Virus record (IMG/VR): IMGVR_UViG_3300025671_000038
Direction: 5' to 3' (one strand)
DNA: 64,000 nucleotides
From: a virus
Part shown: piece by piece, positions 18,551-28,262 of the stretch
How positions within the stretch are numbered: position 1 is the stretch's first letter
Layout of the letters: each line of letters begins with the position of its first letter
Position numbers and translations under genes: made by a program
Notes under the pieces: model-generated
Told to the model about the DNA's origin: nothing
Database searches by the model: none
Seen by the model: only the letters and a program-made list of their open reading frames with translations

Positions 18551-20077
18551 TCAGCTTGTTCCGCGATCAAAGTAATAATTTGCTACTTCCCTTCCTTGAC
18601 CGAAATTTTCATAGACCCTGATGTGATATGTGTTTACATCGATTTTATCTTTAGCTGATCCAAGATCAAGAAAATGCATATCACACACATCATCCGGAGG
18701 AATAAGGGGGAAATCCCAGTATATGAAATGATTACCTCCATTATCAAAAAGAACGACCCTTACATTCTCCATTGGCTCCAATGGATGCATAAAAATTTTA
18801 CCCTCTGCTGGGTCGTAACTCCAAGACCCTATAATTCCACCCCTATAATTCCCCGCACGCTCCATAAACAAAATCTTCTCGCTCTTGCTATATCCGGAGA
18901 ATTTAACTATAAAATCCCCCGGATTCCAGGAATTCTTATTTATGTGCTTAGCAAGAAGAACCTTAGCAATATGTGGGTTGGGCCAATAAGAAACAAGGAG
19001 TCTTTGCTTTAAATATTTAATGCCATGCTTCAGATTGTTGTCAGTGGAGAAATTCTCAATAAAATTGTATTCATAGTCCGGTAACTCTATTCCCTTCCCT
19101 GGATACGAAAGATTCCCATACATCCTATCGAAGCAGATCCTTTCAAGTAGAAGGATGGACTCCTGGCATTTTCTAATTAATAGGGGAAAAGAGGTATTAT
19201 CCCCTGGGAGTATCATGAAATAATCGTCATCTATGTAGTCCTCAATCTTCCTTGTGGTGTTCATGAATATGGAATCGGGATCGACACACAAGATCCAATC
19301 TCCCTCTTCGCAATATTTCAGCTGATCTAAGATGGACCTAAATTTTCCTCCCCCTGTATTGCGAACAGTTTTTAATTCGTAGTTGTGTACACTGCAGTAG
19401 TATTTAAAATTCTCGAGAGATTTTCCATCCTTCATAATGTCCCACTCAGAATTATCATAGAAACATATGACTGATATGGACCTTTTCTTGACGAACTTGA
19501 AATCTTGTCCCCTATATTCATCCAAGATGTATCCGTTGGATTCCAATTTCCTAGTTATCGAGTTAAGCTGATCCCTCCGGTCGTCATTAAAATCAGCCCG
19601 ATATTCAAAAATTATAACCTCAGGAAAAACCTTACCGTAATCAATCAGTGCTTCTACTACGTCCAAATCATGCCCCTCGAGGTCAGTTTTAAATATCCCG
19701 ATTTGCGTTACCTGGTTTGTTTCTAGTATTTCAGATATTGGAACCTTTTGGATTGGCAATTTCTCGTAGAGGTGTTCTATGTTTCTTTTCCTGAGTTCCT
19801 CCAATAGAGGTGGGTTTGGAATGTCTATACTGGAGCATCCTCTGGCCCAGGATGGGAGTTCATATCTTTCTATGGTTTCCTCTGAAACTGTGAATAGAAA
19901 AGAATCCCCGGCAGAATCTGATACAGCTGCACATATTTTTTTTACGTTGGATTTATCAGGCAAATTGTCGAGGTATCCCTGGACCACGTCTATGGTAATT
20001 CCATTTTGCCAATCATAGCAGGTTTGATGCAGGGTATTAAAATCACAGCTCCCTACCTCCACGAAATCATATTTCAT
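18551..20077 (-). CDS. FkbM-like SAM methyltransferase fused to GT34-like glycosyltransferase and beta-rich tail
   Basis: FVEVGSCD, KTDLEGHD, IIFEY (FkbM); WILCVDPD, WNPGDFIVKF (GT34-like). Confidence 0.75.
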   Translation of the reverse strand: MKYDFVEVGSCDFNTLHQTCYDWQNGITIDVVQGYLDNLPDKSNVKKICAAVSDSAGDSFLFTVSEETIERYELPSWARGCSSIDIPNPPLLEELRKRNIEHLYEKLPIQKVPISEILETNQVTQIGIFKTDLEGHDLDVVEALIDYGKVFPEVIIFEYRADFNDDRRDQLNSITRKLESNGYILDEYRGQDFKFVKKRSISVICFYDNSEWDIMKDGKSLENFKYYCSVHNYELKTVRNTGGGKFRSILDQLKYCEEGDWILCVDPDSIFMNTTRKIEDYIDDDYFMILPGDNTSFPLLIRKCQESILLLERICFDRMYGNLSYPGKGIELPDYEYNFIENFSTDNNLKHGIKYLKQRLLVSYWPNPHIAKVLLAKHINKNSWNPGDFIVKFSGYSKSEKILFMERAGNYRGGIIGSWSYDPAEGKIFMHPLEPMENVRVVLFDNGGNHFIYWDFPLIPPDDVCDMHFLDLGSAKDKIDVNTYHIRVYENFGQGREVANYYFDRGTS

Positions 20078-20093
20078 ACCAATGGGAGGATTT

Positions 20094-20924
20094 TTATTCG
20101 GAGGCTGAGACTGCTCTACCTTTCATTTTTTCCCAATCCCTCTCCGGTCTTACCTCCAGGTTGGTTTTCCACCCGCCTTCTATAGTGTTCAAAGGAGCAC
20201 CAGCTTCCCTTGCAAAGGAAATCATTGCATTAACATCTTTGGGAAAACAAGTTCCCCCATATCCCATTTTCCCGTCTGGTCCGGGAACATGGAGGTGTGA
20301 ATCACCAACTCTACCGTCGGAAGCGAATCCATGAATAGCATCGTCCCAATTAATTCCTATCACTTTACCAAGTCTGTGGAATTCGTTCATCATAGACACC
20401 TTGGTTGCAAAAAAGGTGTTATTCATATACTTGATATACTCCGCTGTTGTAGAATCTGTGTAGATGATATGCTTATTCATGAATCTCTCTGAAAATAGCT
20501 CCCCTACCTCACGTGTAAAATTCTCATCACCCCCAAGGATAATCCTCGCCTGTGTCAATATGTCAAGCTTTGCTGTCCTCTCTGTTAGAAATTCAGGTGA
20601 GAATATTATCCGGTATCCAAATTTATCTATAAGACTCCTTGTTGTCCCTGGTAGCACAGTCGACTTTATGATGAATATGGAATCTGGTGAGGGTATAACG
20701 GATTCGAAGAAATCCTCAATAAAAGATAAATCTTGTGTTCCGTCGGATCTCATCGGAGTTGGCAAACAAACAAAGATGTACTTCTGTTCTAATACTTCTG
20801 CTAGATCGTGTGTCCTCCTCTTTTTATCTATGTCGTAAACTCTAACATCAGCGACGGGGGAAAAGGCGAAAGCCTGTGCTTCTCCGACAAACCCATTGCC
20901 TACAACTCCTACTGTTTTTTTCAT
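20094..20924 (-). CDS. ugd: UDP-glucose/GDP-mannose dehydrogenase family (short form)
   Basis: GVVGNGFVG, IKSTVLPG, SPEFL, AEYIKYMNNTF, GYGGTCFPKD. Confidence 0.9.
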   Translation of the reverse strand: MKKTVGVVGNGFVGEAQAFAFSPVADVRVYDIDKKRRTHDLAEVLEQKYIFVCLPTPMRSDGTQDLSFIEDFFESVIPSPDSIFIIKSTVLPGTTRSLIDKFGYRIIFSPEFLTERTAKLDILTQARIILGGDENFTREVGELFSERFMNKHIIYTDSTTAEYIKYMNNTFFATKVSMMNEFHRLGKVIGINWDDAIHGFASDGRVGDSHLHVPGPDGKMGYGGTCFPKDVNAMISFAREAGAPLNTIEGGWKTNLEVRPERDWEKMKGRAVSASE

Positions 20925-20935
20925 ATTTGTAGATT

Positions 20936-21769
20936 TTATTTTTTGTACATTAAATCAAGACTTTCCTTATAGTCCCTTATCCTATCCTTTATTTCCTTTC
21001 TCGGATTCCATCCGGGAAGTCTTCTATTGACATCAGCACAGGTTAAAAATTGATATCCTGTTGGTATTTTCTCCTCGGTCGTGTAGGTGTAAGGTATACC
21101 AAATATGGTCATGAAGTCTTCGAAATAGCAAGGGGTTCCAGTCCCTATGTCCCAGGTAGTTCCTGTTCTAACTTCCTCCATGGCGACTATATTAGCACTA
21201 ACGATATCGTCCACGTGGATAAAATCACGCATAGGCTTTTTAGGAAATAACTCCATGACGTCAAGGGACTTCTCTACATAAAATTTATAGTAAGCCTGGT
21301 ATGCTACGGAGGCCATCCTACCCTTATTTTGCTCACCAGGTCCGAAAACATTGAAATATCTTAGACAAACGGCTGCTGACATTCCATGGAGAAATCCCTC
21401 TGCACTATATTTTGACCAAGCATACAAGTTTGAAGGCTTTTCCCCGTCGGTTCCGTAACAAGCTGCAGAAGACGAATAAACCATCTTGACTCCATATTGC
21501 ATACACAAATCTCCCAGATATTTGGAAAACTCGTAATTGAGGAACATCATGTAATTTACATCTTGGTTCAGTGTGTCTGAACAAGCACCTACATGAAAAA
21601 CCCCATCCAGGCTTACCCCCTTAAATATATTCTCAAGAGCTTCTTTCCAATCCGGCCTCATGACATCTTCCTCCTCGAAAGAAAATACCGAATTTCCCTG
21701 GACCATCAGGGTATCCTTTAGATTGCTTCCTATAAATCCAACGGATCCGGTAACCAAGTAGTTCTTCAT
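20936..21769 (-). CDS. NAD-dependent epimerase, ADP-L-glycero-D-manno-heptose 6-epimerase-like
   Basis: VTGSVGFIGS, FHVGACSDT, YSSSAACYG, YAWSK, LRYFNVFGPGE, RDFIHVDD. Confidence 0.85.
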   Translation of the reverse strand: MKNYLVTGSVGFIGSNLKDTLMVQGNSVFSFEEEDVMRPDWKEALENIFKGVSLDGVFHVGACSDTLNQDVNYMMFLNYEFSKYLGDLCMQYGVKMVYSSSAACYGTDGEKPSNLYAWSKYSAEGFLHGMSAAVCLRYFNVFGPGEQNKGRMASVAYQAYYKFYVEKSLDVMELFPKKPMRDFIHVDDIVSANIVAMEEVRTGTTWDIGTGTPCYFEDFMTIFGIPYTYTTEEKIPTGYQFLTCADVNRRLPGWNPRKEIKDRIRDYKESLDLMYKK

Positions 21770-21840
21770 AGAGATCGTTTACTCTATGATATGGACCCAA
21801 TTAAGAAATATTTCGATTAGTGGAATTTATTTGTGTGGAA

Positions 21841-22341
21841 TTATGAATAATAGTCCCACTCAATATCTTCGAAATCAATATCAACGATCTCATATCCAGC
21901 GTATTCACTCCCTCCAACGTCTGCTGGGAAGCTAAATACATATTTCTCATCGTTGGTTACACCGCTTAGAAATCCTAATCCCTCACGTGGCTCAGTGATT
22001 TCCAACTCGTCAATTATAACGATGTCCTCTAATCCATCAGGTCTGGTAACGACAACCGCTTCTGCTTGATCTCGATTAAAAAAATTAATGACCTTTTGTG
22101 GATCTACTTTACCCGAATCATCCAGAAAGACAGAATAATCGGCGTAGATACCTTTCTTCCCATTCTTTTGTGCTTCTACCCACTCAGCTATTTTTTCAGA
22201 TATCTCCTCGAGATCAAATTTATCTCCTCCTGGAAACAGGCGGCGTATAAATTTTACTCCCCTACTGTGCTTCCTCTGCGGGAAGGAGGATGCTTTTTTT
22301 CCAAGATAATAATCCTCAAATAGATGTAATCTTTTCATCAA
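21841..22341 (-). CDS. hypothetical protein, possible internal virion protein
   Basis: N-terminus MKRLHLFEDY; GATATATA at 22344-22351. Confidence 0.65.
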   Translation of the reverse strand: MMKRLHLFEDYYLGKKASSFPQRKHSRGVKFIRRLFPGGDKFDLEEISEKIAEWVEAQKNGKKGIYADYSVFLDDSGKVDPQKVINFFNRDQAEAVVVTRPDGLEDIVIIDELEITEPREGLGFLSGVTNDEKYVFSFPADVGGSEYAGYEIVDIDFEDIEWDYYS

Positions 22342-22342
22342 G

Positions 22343-24304
22343 CTATATATCCAGTAATATCCACTGCTCCTGGTAGTATCTGTGGTCCTGAATAAATATT
22401 TTCAAATCCTTACCCAGCCAGCTTTCGTAAAACCCTACCCAATAACTATTCCCCCTGGTTAATTCGAGCGAGTACCTAATCAGGGTTTGTCCGTACTGAT
22501 CCTCTAGAACTACTGTCTGACTTCCTTGAGATCTACCATTATATTTAAAAGACAGTCTACCGGTAAGTTTGTCGAAAGAAAAATCCAGGAAAGGATCCGG
22601 GGACAAGGTAGAAAGTCTCTCCGATATTATTGCTCTTATTATATGGGATTCCAGTAATCTCACAATTTCATACCAGCTGGAATCCATATCTAGGTGAACT
22701 ATATTTAGTGGATTCCCCAAAAGATCTCTTGTTGATTTTTCGGGGAATGCGGTTCTTATGGATTTTCCCGTAGCTTCCTTCGCAGTCCTTAAAACGGCAG
22801 GGTTATTTTTTTTGCCTTTCAGGGTCCCATCCAGCGATAGGAAGAAGAAAGGGCATTCTGTGGACTTGGAAACTTTTTCTGCATCTCTTAGTGTATAAAC
22901 CAGTATAACGTCATACATAAAGAGGTCGTCATAAGGATTTCTAATATCTACATTATGCCCTCTCTCCCTTAGTAGGGACGATATCTTCATTACAGTTCCA
23001 TAGAAAGGGAAGTCCGAATATTCTACAGGATCCACTATTGCAATATTTAGCGAAGATATGGATTCTTCAATATCAACGACTGATTCGTGTCGAACCATAT
23101 CAAAACCAACGGAATGCTTATACCAATCAGATCCTGTAGCTAAGGAAGCAAATATTTCTTCAAAACCGGTTTTGTATTGAGATTCGTATACTTTATTAAG
23201 AAGAATCTTAGAATCTAGATCATCCTGAGATATAGGATTTGGTGATATTGAAAAAACCCTTATTTGTGATTCTCTAAACACATCCACAACCATATCATGA
23301 ACCTCTATGTGCTGGATATGTCCATATTCACCATATCTTCCGTGTGTTACCACACATTCCCAATCTCCGGAGGATCTTAGGTACTGCATATCTGAATATA
23401 TGGAGGCTCTATCCCTCAGAGGGGAAAGCGAAAACTCATAATCCCATATTTCATAATCCTCTATCCCGAGCATTCCCATTGATCTTAGGAATTCAGCCTT
23501 TCTAACCTCATCATTGCCACCAGTTACACAAACTACCCTGGTATTTTCTCTATTCTTGGAAAGCCAATTTCCGAAAAAGATGGCTTCATCGTCAGGGTGT
23601 GCAATTACCAGGAGATTCTTTTTCATATCTAAGCATTTACATTTCTTTCTTTCAACATTAGTGTAAACCCATCTATTTCTACACAGATTACAAAACCCTA
23701 TTGAATAATTAGGTTGCTTTGTAGGATATATCTTACCTTCCCGTGGGATAAATTTCCACTTATAACCAAAATCACCGGAGGAGCTGGATTTTTCCCGATT
23801 CCTTATAACTTCGTGCCACGATGAGGATTTGCCTTCGGGTGCTACGAAATCTAGGTATTCCATGGAGGGCATGTGTGTGATAAAGTACTCGATGAGTTTT
23901 ATCCACATCCATTTGCCTAATCCTGGATGTAATTTTTTATCGTATAATGGGGCATTACAGTAAGCATAATTTCCCCACCTGAATATGAAGTGAACAGCTA
24001 CCTCGTCCTCCCCTATTTTCCCGGCAAAGAGAACTACATCGTTATCTTGCTTTATGGAATCTGAATTCCAGTTTCCCCATAGAGGAAACCCACCGTTGGA
24101 AAGTGGCTGGGAAGCCCAGAGATCCATATATCTCTGAACCAGATCCGGATCGTATTCAACCTGGTGATACGAAAGGCTCCTGTTTTTTGATAGGGTGTTT
24201 TTCAGATCCTTCCTCGATGGCTTGGACAGGGAAGAAATATACTCATCCAGATTATCATAATCTGAAACCTTCAGGATTAATGGATTGTTTAGCTCGGGTA
24301 TCAT
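22343..24304 (-). CDS. GNAT/FemAB-like domain + PIG-L/LmbE deacetylase + beta-rich C-terminal fusion
   Basis: PIG-L: VIAHPDDEAIF, THGRYGEYGHIQH; N-terminal SKPSRKDLK...VAVHF...YCNAPLY resembles GNAT. Confidence 0.7.
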   Translation of the reverse strand: MIPELNNPLILKVSDYDNLDEYISSLSKPSRKDLKNTLSKNRSLSYHQVEYDPDLVQRYMDLWASQPLSNGGFPLWGNWNSDSIKQDNDVVLFAGKIGEDEVAVHFIFRWGNYAYCNAPLYDKKLHPGLGKWMWIKLIEYFITHMPSMEYLDFVAPEGKSSSWHEVIRNREKSSSSGDFGYKWKFIPREGKIYPTKQPNYSIGFCNLCRNRWVYTNVERKKCKCLDMKKNLLVIAHPDDEAIFFGNWLSKNRENTRVVCVTGGNDEVRKAEFLRSMGMLGIEDYEIWDYEFSLSPLRDRASIYSDMQYLRSSGDWECVVTHGRYGEYGHIQHIEVHDMVVDVFRESQIRVFSISPNPISQDDLDSKILLNKVYESQYKTGFEEIFASLATGSDWYKHSVGFDMVRHESVVDIEESISSLNIAIVDPVEYSDFPFYGTVMKISSLLRERGHNVDIRNPYDDLFMYDVILVYTLRDAEKVSKSTECPFFFLSLDGTLKGKKNNPAVLRTAKEATGKSIRTAFPEKSTRDLLGNPLNIVHLDMDSSWYEIVRLLESHIIRAIISERLSTLSPDPFLDFSFDKLTGRLSFKYNGRSQGSQTVVLEDQYGQTLIRYSLELTRGNSYWVGFYESWLGKDLKIFIQDHRYYQEQWILLDI

Positions 24305-24483
24305 AAACCTTGGAAATCTATACCCGCTATATAATGGAGAATCGAGAAGAATATAACTTGCATGATCAGAAGGAGAACAAAGAAGATGAACTCCTCCGTA
24401 AGTGTTTCTTTAAAGCTTATACTTTTTGACCACAGAAGTCTCCCGAAAATAGTCGCAACTACTATAAAAGTGAAGCTAGGCAT
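24301..24483 (-). CDS. small membrane protein
   Basis: 60 aa, two hydrophobic segments. Confidence 0.55.
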   Translation of the reverse strand: MPSFTFIVVATIFGRLLWSKSISFKETLTEEFIFFVLLLIMQVIFFSILHYIAGIDFQGL

Positions 24484-24873
24484 TTATCCCTTTTGCTTGG
24501 CCTTAAAATATTTGATCATAATGTGGGCTGATTTGTAGTTGGTAGCAAGGGGAACCTCGTGTACATCGCACAGCCTCATCAACATAGAAATATCTACGTC
24601 GTGTGGGTGCTTGTCTAGCGGATCTCTAAAGAATATCACTCCGTCAACCTCACCTCTGGTTACCATGGCTCCTATTTCTGCGTCTCCTCCCATCGGACCG
24701 GAAGCTACCCTTTCAACCTTATCCACTCCCGCGTGGGTTATCATTGTTCCGGTGGTTCCTGTTGCTACTATGCCAACCTCATCCAGCTGGAAAAAAGAGA
24801 GCCTCTTCATTACGAAAGATACCATATCCGCTTTTTTCCCGTCATGTGCTATTAATGCTAATTTTATCTTCAT
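24484..24873 (-). CDS. mgsA: methylglyoxal synthase
   Basis: ALIAHDGKK, ATGTTG, SGPMGGDAEIG, FFRDPL, PHDVDI, PLATN. Confidence 0.96.
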   Translation of the reverse strand: MKIKLALIAHDGKKADMVSFVMKRLSFFQLDEVGIVATGTTGTMITHAGVDKVERVASGPMGGDAEIGAMVTRGEVDGVIFFRDPLDKHPHDVDISMLMRLCDVHEVPLATNYKSAHIMIKYFKAKQKG

Positions 24874-24887
24874 ACCCTATTTATTCT

Positions 24888-25385
24888 TCAGTCCCACCAA
24901 CCTCGGATATTATGGGAAATAAATTTCCACACCAAATCCTCAGCTCGTTCCTGTTTTTCTTTAGCCTCTTTGAAGAGTTTGGTTTTCGTTTCCTTGATCT
25001 CCTCAGAGTTGTCCCACTTTTCGTATTCCCATTTCAACTCATAGAGTGGTTTACCGTCGTAGTCGCTCTTGTCATCCAACTCAACAAACTCCCAATTCAT
25101 TACATTTTCTCCGTAGAGTTCCTTGAGTTTGTCCTGGTATTCACATCCATATTCCTCGTCATAAACCTTCCTAAGAAGCTCGATTGCTGTACGAATGCGT
25201 TTCGCCCTTTCTTTTGCGTCCATCGTTATTGCCAGGTCGGATTCCATGTAGTCTGCAGTTCGTTTGAGTTGATGTTCAAAAAGTTCAATAGCATACCGAT
25301 AGTCAAAGTCGTATCCCTTCCAGATCATTGGAAGAAAATCGATAACCCTTCTAATTTTTCTAAAAAATCTTCTAAACGAACCCAT
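24888..25385 (-). CDS. hypothetical protein
   Basis: 165-aa helical ORF. Confidence 0.7.
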   Translation of the reverse strand: MGSFRRFFRKIRRVIDFLPMIWKGYDFDYRYAIELFEHQLKRTADYMESDLAITMDAKERAKRIRTAIELLRKVYDEEYGCEYQDKLKELYGENVMNWEFVELDDKSDYDGKPLYELKWEYEKWDNSEEIKETKTKLFKEAKEKQERAEDLVWKFISHNIRGWWD

Positions 25386-25393
25386 ACACTTTC

Positions 25394-25660
25394 CTACTCG
25401 TAGAAATTATCCTTCAGATCTTCTAGCCTATCAAGCTCGTTTTGTATCTCGTCTTCTACTGTATAAATTTGAAGAGCACCATCCTGAACTTCCCAAAAGT
25501 ATATACACCCGACCGAATCCAGTTGAGACAGGTCTATCTCGTACTTGGGCTGAGGTATTGGACCTCTTTTTTTTACCCTTCTATTGTACCTCTGCTCTGT
25601 GCTACAACCTATTATCAGTGCTATTGCGAGTATAGGTAGCATTAATCTCTCCATTACCAT
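25394..25660 (-). CDS. putative lipoprotein
   Basis: Lipobox-like LIIGC after hydrophobic leader. Confidence 0.55.
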   Translation of the reverse strand: MVMERLMLPILAIALIIGCSTEQRYNRRVKKRGPIPQPKYEIDLSQLDSVGCIYFWEVQDGALQIYTVEDEIQNELDRLEDLKDNFYE

Positions 25661-25787
25661 AGTTCTTCTATTATTCGTTATCTAGCTAACAATTAGATTA
25701 GCTAGAACAATTGCGATGGCGATAAGTATGGAATAAAATACCACTTGTGCCGAAAATTCGTAGCTCTTGTTTCTCATTTTTTTAGTG

Positions 25788-26021
25788 TTAATGGTTAATA
25801 TTTTCATCATCCCTTGTGTTAAGGGTTAATACGTTTTTTCTTGCTCCCTCGATCATCTTTTCGAGAGACCATATGATACTCTCAACCGATTCAGCTCGAA
25901 CACTTACAGGGTTTTTCGAATATCCTTTTATTTTACCCTCATCATCGTAGTAAACCTCATGGATAGAAAATTCCCTCTCCCCACTGGACTCGGTTTCTAT
26001 GATCCTATAATTCCATCCCAT
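25788..26021 (-). CDS. hypothetical phage protein
   Basis: MGWNYRII...IHEVYYD pattern typical of small phage proteins. Confidence 0.65.
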   Translation of the reverse strand: MGWNYRIIETESSGEREFSIHEVYYDDEGKIKGYSKNPVSVRAESVESIIWSLEKMIEGARKNVLTLNTRDDENINH

Positions 26022-26380
26022 TTTTCGCTGCTTTGTAATTTCCTAGAGTTCCTATAGTTGAAAAGGAGAGCGTTTATATTCTCCTTACCAACCGGGTTGG
26101 AACTCTGTATCTTCCACGCCGGAACATCCAGGTCTTGATCCATACAATATTCAACCAACCACTTTGCGCAGTCGTAACCACTTTCTCCCTCGCCTAGATC
26201 GTGATCAAAACAGATAAGGTCAGGCATTCCTCTTGTTGCGAAGTAAGTGACGAAATCATCGAAATCCTTAGCCCATGTTACGTCATCAGATCCCAAGACA
26301 TATCCAACGGCATAAATGCTAAGCCATTTACCGTCAAAAGGACTTCTACAATCATCCAACCAAAGTAACTTCCTATTCAT
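25997..26380 (-). CDS. cyclic-phosphate-processing receiver domain protein
   Basis: LLWLDDCRSP, ICFDHDLG, GYDCAKWL, IQSSNPVG. Confidence 0.8.
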   Translation of the reverse strand: MNRKLLWLDDCRSPFDGKWLSIYAVGYVLGSDDVTWAKDFDDFVTYFATRGMPDLICFDHDLGEGESGYDCAKWLVEYCMDQDLDVPAWKIQSSNPVGKENINALLFNYRNSRKLQSSEKWDGIIGS

Positions 26381-26655
26381 TCCACGATTTTTATACCGGA
26401 GGTTGTCTCCAGAACTACCCTTGCTCCGCAGCTAAGGATGGGTTTTTTATCTCCGCTCCCACAGTAAGATAGATTAGATGGACCCAAAATTTCTATAGCG
26501 TTGCAGTAATAATTTTTCTTACCAACTTTTATAGTGATAACAGGCAGATCAGTTCCATCCTTTTTGTTGGATCTGATATTATGTTGGTTTATATGAATCT
26601 TTTTTACTGCTCTCGATTCCTCGAGATATTCGCCCGAATTGAGTACCTCTATCAT
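26377..26655 (-). CDS. hypothetical phage protein
   Basis: 92 aa, IHINQHNIRSN...LSCGARV. Confidence 0.7.
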   Translation of the reverse strand: MIEVLNSGEYLEESRAVKKIHINQHNIRSNKKDGTDLPVITIKVGKKNYYCNAIEILGPSNLSYCGSGDKKPILSCGARVVLETTSGIKIVE

Positions 26656-26666
26656 CTATCTCTCAT

Positions 26667-26873
26667 TTAATCGCGTACCAAATCTAGCTGGTCCCCGATG
26701 TTCTTAATGGTTTTTCCTAGCTGTTTTGATAAATTTATCAATGCTTCTCTTTCCAAGCTTTGAAGCCACTTGTCCTGTGTGGATTCTTGGCAGTCTTCAA
26801 AGCAGGTCGGTTGTCTTTTTTCCTCGCCTTCGAATTTATCGAAGATGAAAATGCCGCTTAGGTTTCTTCTCAT
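26667..26873 (-). CDS. hypothetical protein
   Basis: 68-aa ORF. Confidence 0.6.
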   Translation of the reverse strand: MRRNLSGIFIFDKFEGEEKRQPTCFEDCQESTQDKWLQSLEREALINLSKQLGKTIKNIGDQLDLVRD

Positions 26874-26901
26874 TCCCGTGATTTGTAATTATTAATCCTA
26901 G

Positions 26902-26973
26902 TAGCCCCGCCAGGAATCGAACCTGGATCTAAAATTTAGGAAATTCTTATTCTATCCGTTGAACTACGGGGCC
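26902..26973 (-). tRNA. tRNA-Arg(CCU)
   Basis: GGCCCCG/CGGGGCT acceptor, anticodon loop TTCCTAA, T arm CCAGG-TTCGATT-CCTGG. Confidence 0.9.
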
Positions 26974-26979
26974 ATTATC

Positions 26980-27246
26980 TCAATTCTTATACCGTTCGGA
27001 GGCTTGATTTAGATTTTCATTTAGTTCCGGTTTAGTTTGGCTAGCATCGATAATTTCTTGAATGTCCTCTTCGCTTAAGTCGGATAACATAGAATTCAAT
27101 ACCATATCGTGGGCATGATCTTCATCCCAATCTTCATAGAGACCTGCTTCCTGATCCATCCTCATGATCTCGGAAATGAGCCTTTCTCTTCTCCCCGGAA
27201 TAACGAAGTTCATGAATTTATTCCAGTATCTTTTATACCAAATCAT
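26980..27246 (-). CDS. hypothetical protein
   Basis: 88-aa ORF. Confidence 0.6.
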   Translation of the reverse strand: MIWYKRYWNKFMNFVIPGRRERLISEIMRMDQEAGLYEDWDEDHAHDMVLNSMLSDLSEEDIQEIIDASQTKPELNENLNQASERYKN

Positions 27247-27247
27247 C

Positions 27248-27931
27248 CTAGTAAAATTTTCTTAATAGAGCAATAACATCCTTTGCATCATCAACCGCAT
27301 CGTGGGTTACCAAACTGTCTAAACCGGCCCTGTTCTTGCAGTCAGAAAGACCTGGGATAGATTCATCATTAACCCAATCTGTGAAAAGAATTCCGGGATC
27401 AAGTACTCTAGATCTAACCCTGAATATTTGTTTCCATCCCGGTAATCTTTCCAAGAATCTTAGGTCAAAGGAGGAAAAGTTCTTTCCTGCCGCATTAAAA
27501 CAGACCTTGGGCAGGTCTGAGGTAAACATAGGATACGTCTTCCCATTAACTATCTGAACATGCCCATTGAAAGCATCCGAAGGATCCTTCCAATTAGGCT
27601 CTATTCCATTATCATACAGGAAGCGGAAAATTATCTCGACGGCATCATCCTCTTTGCAGAAAACCATCCCCTTCATCTGCACGAGATCGTTTTTCTCGTC
27701 CTGATCTTTTGCTGTCTGATAATAAACGATGGACTCTATGATATCCTTGTTCATATTGATAGCAAAGGGACTTCCAACTATCTCATCTCTCAGGATAGCA
27801 ATATGGATAGAGGGGAGTTCTTGAAAAGGCACCTTATTGCTGGTGTCCTCTACGACTACCCCAATTGTTAGAATCTGATGCTTCTCCGGATCTAGCCCGG
27901 TAGTTTCAATATCGATGCTTACGTACTTCAT
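27248..27931 (-). CDS. DEDDh 3'-5' exonuclease (DnaQ/oligoribonuclease-like)
   Basis: SIDIETTGLD, AGKNFSSFD, THDAVDDA. Confidence 0.85.
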   Translation of the reverse strand: MKYVSIDIETTGLDPEKHQILTIGVVVEDTSNKVPFQELPSIHIAILRDEIVGSPFAINMNKDIIESIVYYQTAKDQDEKNDLVQMKGMVFCKEDDAVEIIFRFLYDNGIEPNWKDPSDAFNGHVQIVNGKTYPMFTSDLPKVCFNAAGKNFSSFDLRFLERLPGWKQIFRVRSRVLDPGILFTDWVNDESIPGLSDCKNRAGLDSLVTHDAVDDAKDVIALLRKFY

Positions 27932-28262
27932 AATTTCCTATTTATTTCCTATATTCGACAATATTAGAAAAAATAGTCGATAAGAAAAAATGAAATCGCG
28001 AGTTTGGTTAGATGAAAAGAATTACGTCCCCGTATTCAGGAAATTCGGAGTCCTGGTTAGAATCTTGTTCCTCGTTAATGGCCCTTACCTCATCTCCCAG
28101 AAAAGTCTCGGCTTGGTGTGTTTTTTCTTGGCTGGTGTTGCCCGCTTTTTCTTCCGGGTCTGGGGTGAGATAGTGATTCATGGATAGATTGGGTATTTTG
28201 ACATATCTATCCTAAAAAACCACCCTTTTTGCCCCGTAAATGGATATTTTTTCAGGCTAATA

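Noticed and set aside
24744-25403. 219-aa plus-strand ORF and other antisense ORFs across the window
   Set aside because: Shadow frames of well-supported minus-strand genes, with no motifs or promoters.
27960-28262. Gap with GGATAGAT/ATCTATCC hairpin (28182-28212) and a possible 57-aa minus-strand ORF (28008..28181)
   Set aside because: Single hairpin with no clear T tail and an ORF without recognisable features; not enough support either way.
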